Below, piece after piece: positions 20,721-22,165 of a stretch of 22,165 nt of DNA. The notes beneath the pieces are model-generated. The model saw only the letters and a list, made by a program, of their open reading frames with translations, was not told the DNA's origin and ran no database searches. The translations under genes and the position numbers were made by a program. Every line of letters starts with the position of its first letter. Positions within the stretch are counted from its first letter, which is position 1. Origin of the DNA: Eledone cirrhosa (taxonomy: Eukaryota); NCBI GenBank assembly GCA_964016885.1, contig CAXHJY010001414.1, positions 1-22,165 on the forward strand, read 5' to 3'.

Positions 20721-20908
20721 TATTTCTACTTTTGGCACAAGGCCAGCAATTATCCCAATGCATTACTGGTACTTTATTTTATCGACCCCGTAAGGATGAA
20801 AAGCAAAGTTAACATCGTCGGGATTTGAACTCAGATCATAAACGACCGTAACTCTATGCTGCAAAGCATAGTATCCGACCCTCTACCGATACTGCCAATC
20901 CACCGCCC
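20721..20908 (-). mobile_element. Full-length Nin/Deu-domain SINE (short-tail variant)
   Basis: Family match. Flanked by TAACGCTATTAATAAT (20705-20720) and TAGCACTATTAATAAT (20909-20924). Confidence 0.93.
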
Positions 20909-20924
20909 TAGCACTATTAATAAT

Positions 20925-21136
20925 GGTTTCTTATATAGGCACAAGGCCAGCAATTGGGGGCGGGGGGTCGATTAAATCGACCCAAGTCAGTGACTGGTAC
21001 TTTATTTTATCGACCCCGTAAGGATGAAAGGCAAAGTTAACATCGTCGGGATTTGAACTCAGATCATAAACGACCGTAACTCTATACTGCAAAGCATAGT
21101 ATCCGACCCTCTACCGACACTACCATTCCACCGCCC
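20925..21136 (-). mobile_element. Full-length Nin/Deu-domain SINE (long-tail variant)
   Basis: Family match with hairpin GGGTCGAT-TAA-ATCGACCC (20965-20983). Followed by TAGCGCTATTAATAAT (21137-21152). Confidence 0.93.
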
Positions 21137-21627
21137 TAGCGCTATTAATAATGCTACTACCACCTGTAATTTCAGGATTTCTACATAGTTAACATGAATC
21201 CTAAATCAATATTAAACGAACACGTTTAGTGTCTTTCTGAAGTCTCTTAATATGATGTGTCGTTGCTGAACTTTGTGTTAATAGTAATTTGAAATTGACA
21301 CGCGTTGAATAAGTGTTCGTTATATTACTAAATTATTATTAAGGAAATGCGAGACAACATTCCGTTCGGAAAAGCATAAATAAGTTATTGTGATAACCTA
21401 CATCGTGTATTCTGCAACCTTTATGGAAAAGGATACGTGTGATTCAAACCAATAGAAAATACTTAGCAAATTAGTTCACCTAGAAACAAAAACATATTAT
21501 CAAAGATTATCTGTGGATGTATATGTATTATAGTACATCACCTGTATAAATATACATACTGTTTGAATTAATTATAGATAGATGTGCCCGGTTCTATAGT
21601 AAATACAAGAAGTTTACAACAAATAAT

Positions 21628-21749
21628 TGTTTCTACTTTTTGGCACAAGGCCAGCAATTACCCAGTACATTACTGGTACTTTATTTTATCGACCCCGTAA
21701 GGATGAAAGGCAAAGTCAACCTCGACGGGATTTGAACTCAGATCGTTAC
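21628..21749 (-). mobile_element. 5'-truncated Nin/Deu-domain SINE (short-tail variant)
   Basis: Perfect 20-bp TSD AGAAGTTTACAACAAATAAT at 21608-21627 and 21750-21769. Confidence 0.94.
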
Positions 21750-22165
21750 AGAAGTTTACAACAAATAATGATCTATATACCTATGACGAATAAGTATTAT
21801 GGAGCTTTCAAAGCCGATATTTTACTGACGCTAACAACGAAATCCATTATTGCGAAGCCTGATTTTAGGTACATTTTGATTTAATGTCATATATTCTATT
21901 ATAAACTAGTCTAAATCTTTTCTCACTTTGAAATGATGTAACATTAATCCGGCAAAGGAACAACCACCCTTACCACTAAACTGTAACATATCATCATCCG
22001 TATGTTTATAACTATGATCAGGAAAATCACGGTCATAATTATAATAATAAATATTTTATGATTACAACCCTCATCATATTCCGACATCATTAACTTTCTT
22101 CCCAACTTCCTCATCGCATGTATTAAGTATGATAATCATAATTATACTTTTCACCATTATCCTCA

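Overview
AT-rich eukaryotic non-coding DNA, intergenic or intronic, dominated by repeats. No host protein-coding gene can be supported. The very long (TA)n tracts, many tRNA-derived SINEs with a Nin/Deu-type central domain, and decayed LINEs suggest a mollusc, probably an octopus (inference, not verified). Contents: 11 copies or fragments of one SINE family, several with 13-20 bp target-site duplications; one CORE/Meta-type SINE; a decayed RTE-clade (Expander/Rex3-like) LINE with APE endonuclease and N-terminal RT, plus a separate RTE 3' end with a (GAA)n tail; three 3' fragments of a CRE-clade restriction-like-endonuclease retrotransposon; Penelope-like element (PLE) relics; and mini- and microsatellites. 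The most interesting signal is a set of short cassettes bounded by (TA)n tracts (17.6-19.6 kb) carrying hammerhead-ribozyme (HHR) motifs. One is an apparently intact minimal type I HHR with a U3-A8 core variant (19361-19410, minus). Another is a perfect 111-bp palindrome made of two copies of an HHR half (18570-18680). All family calls come from manual motif recognition; no searches were run.
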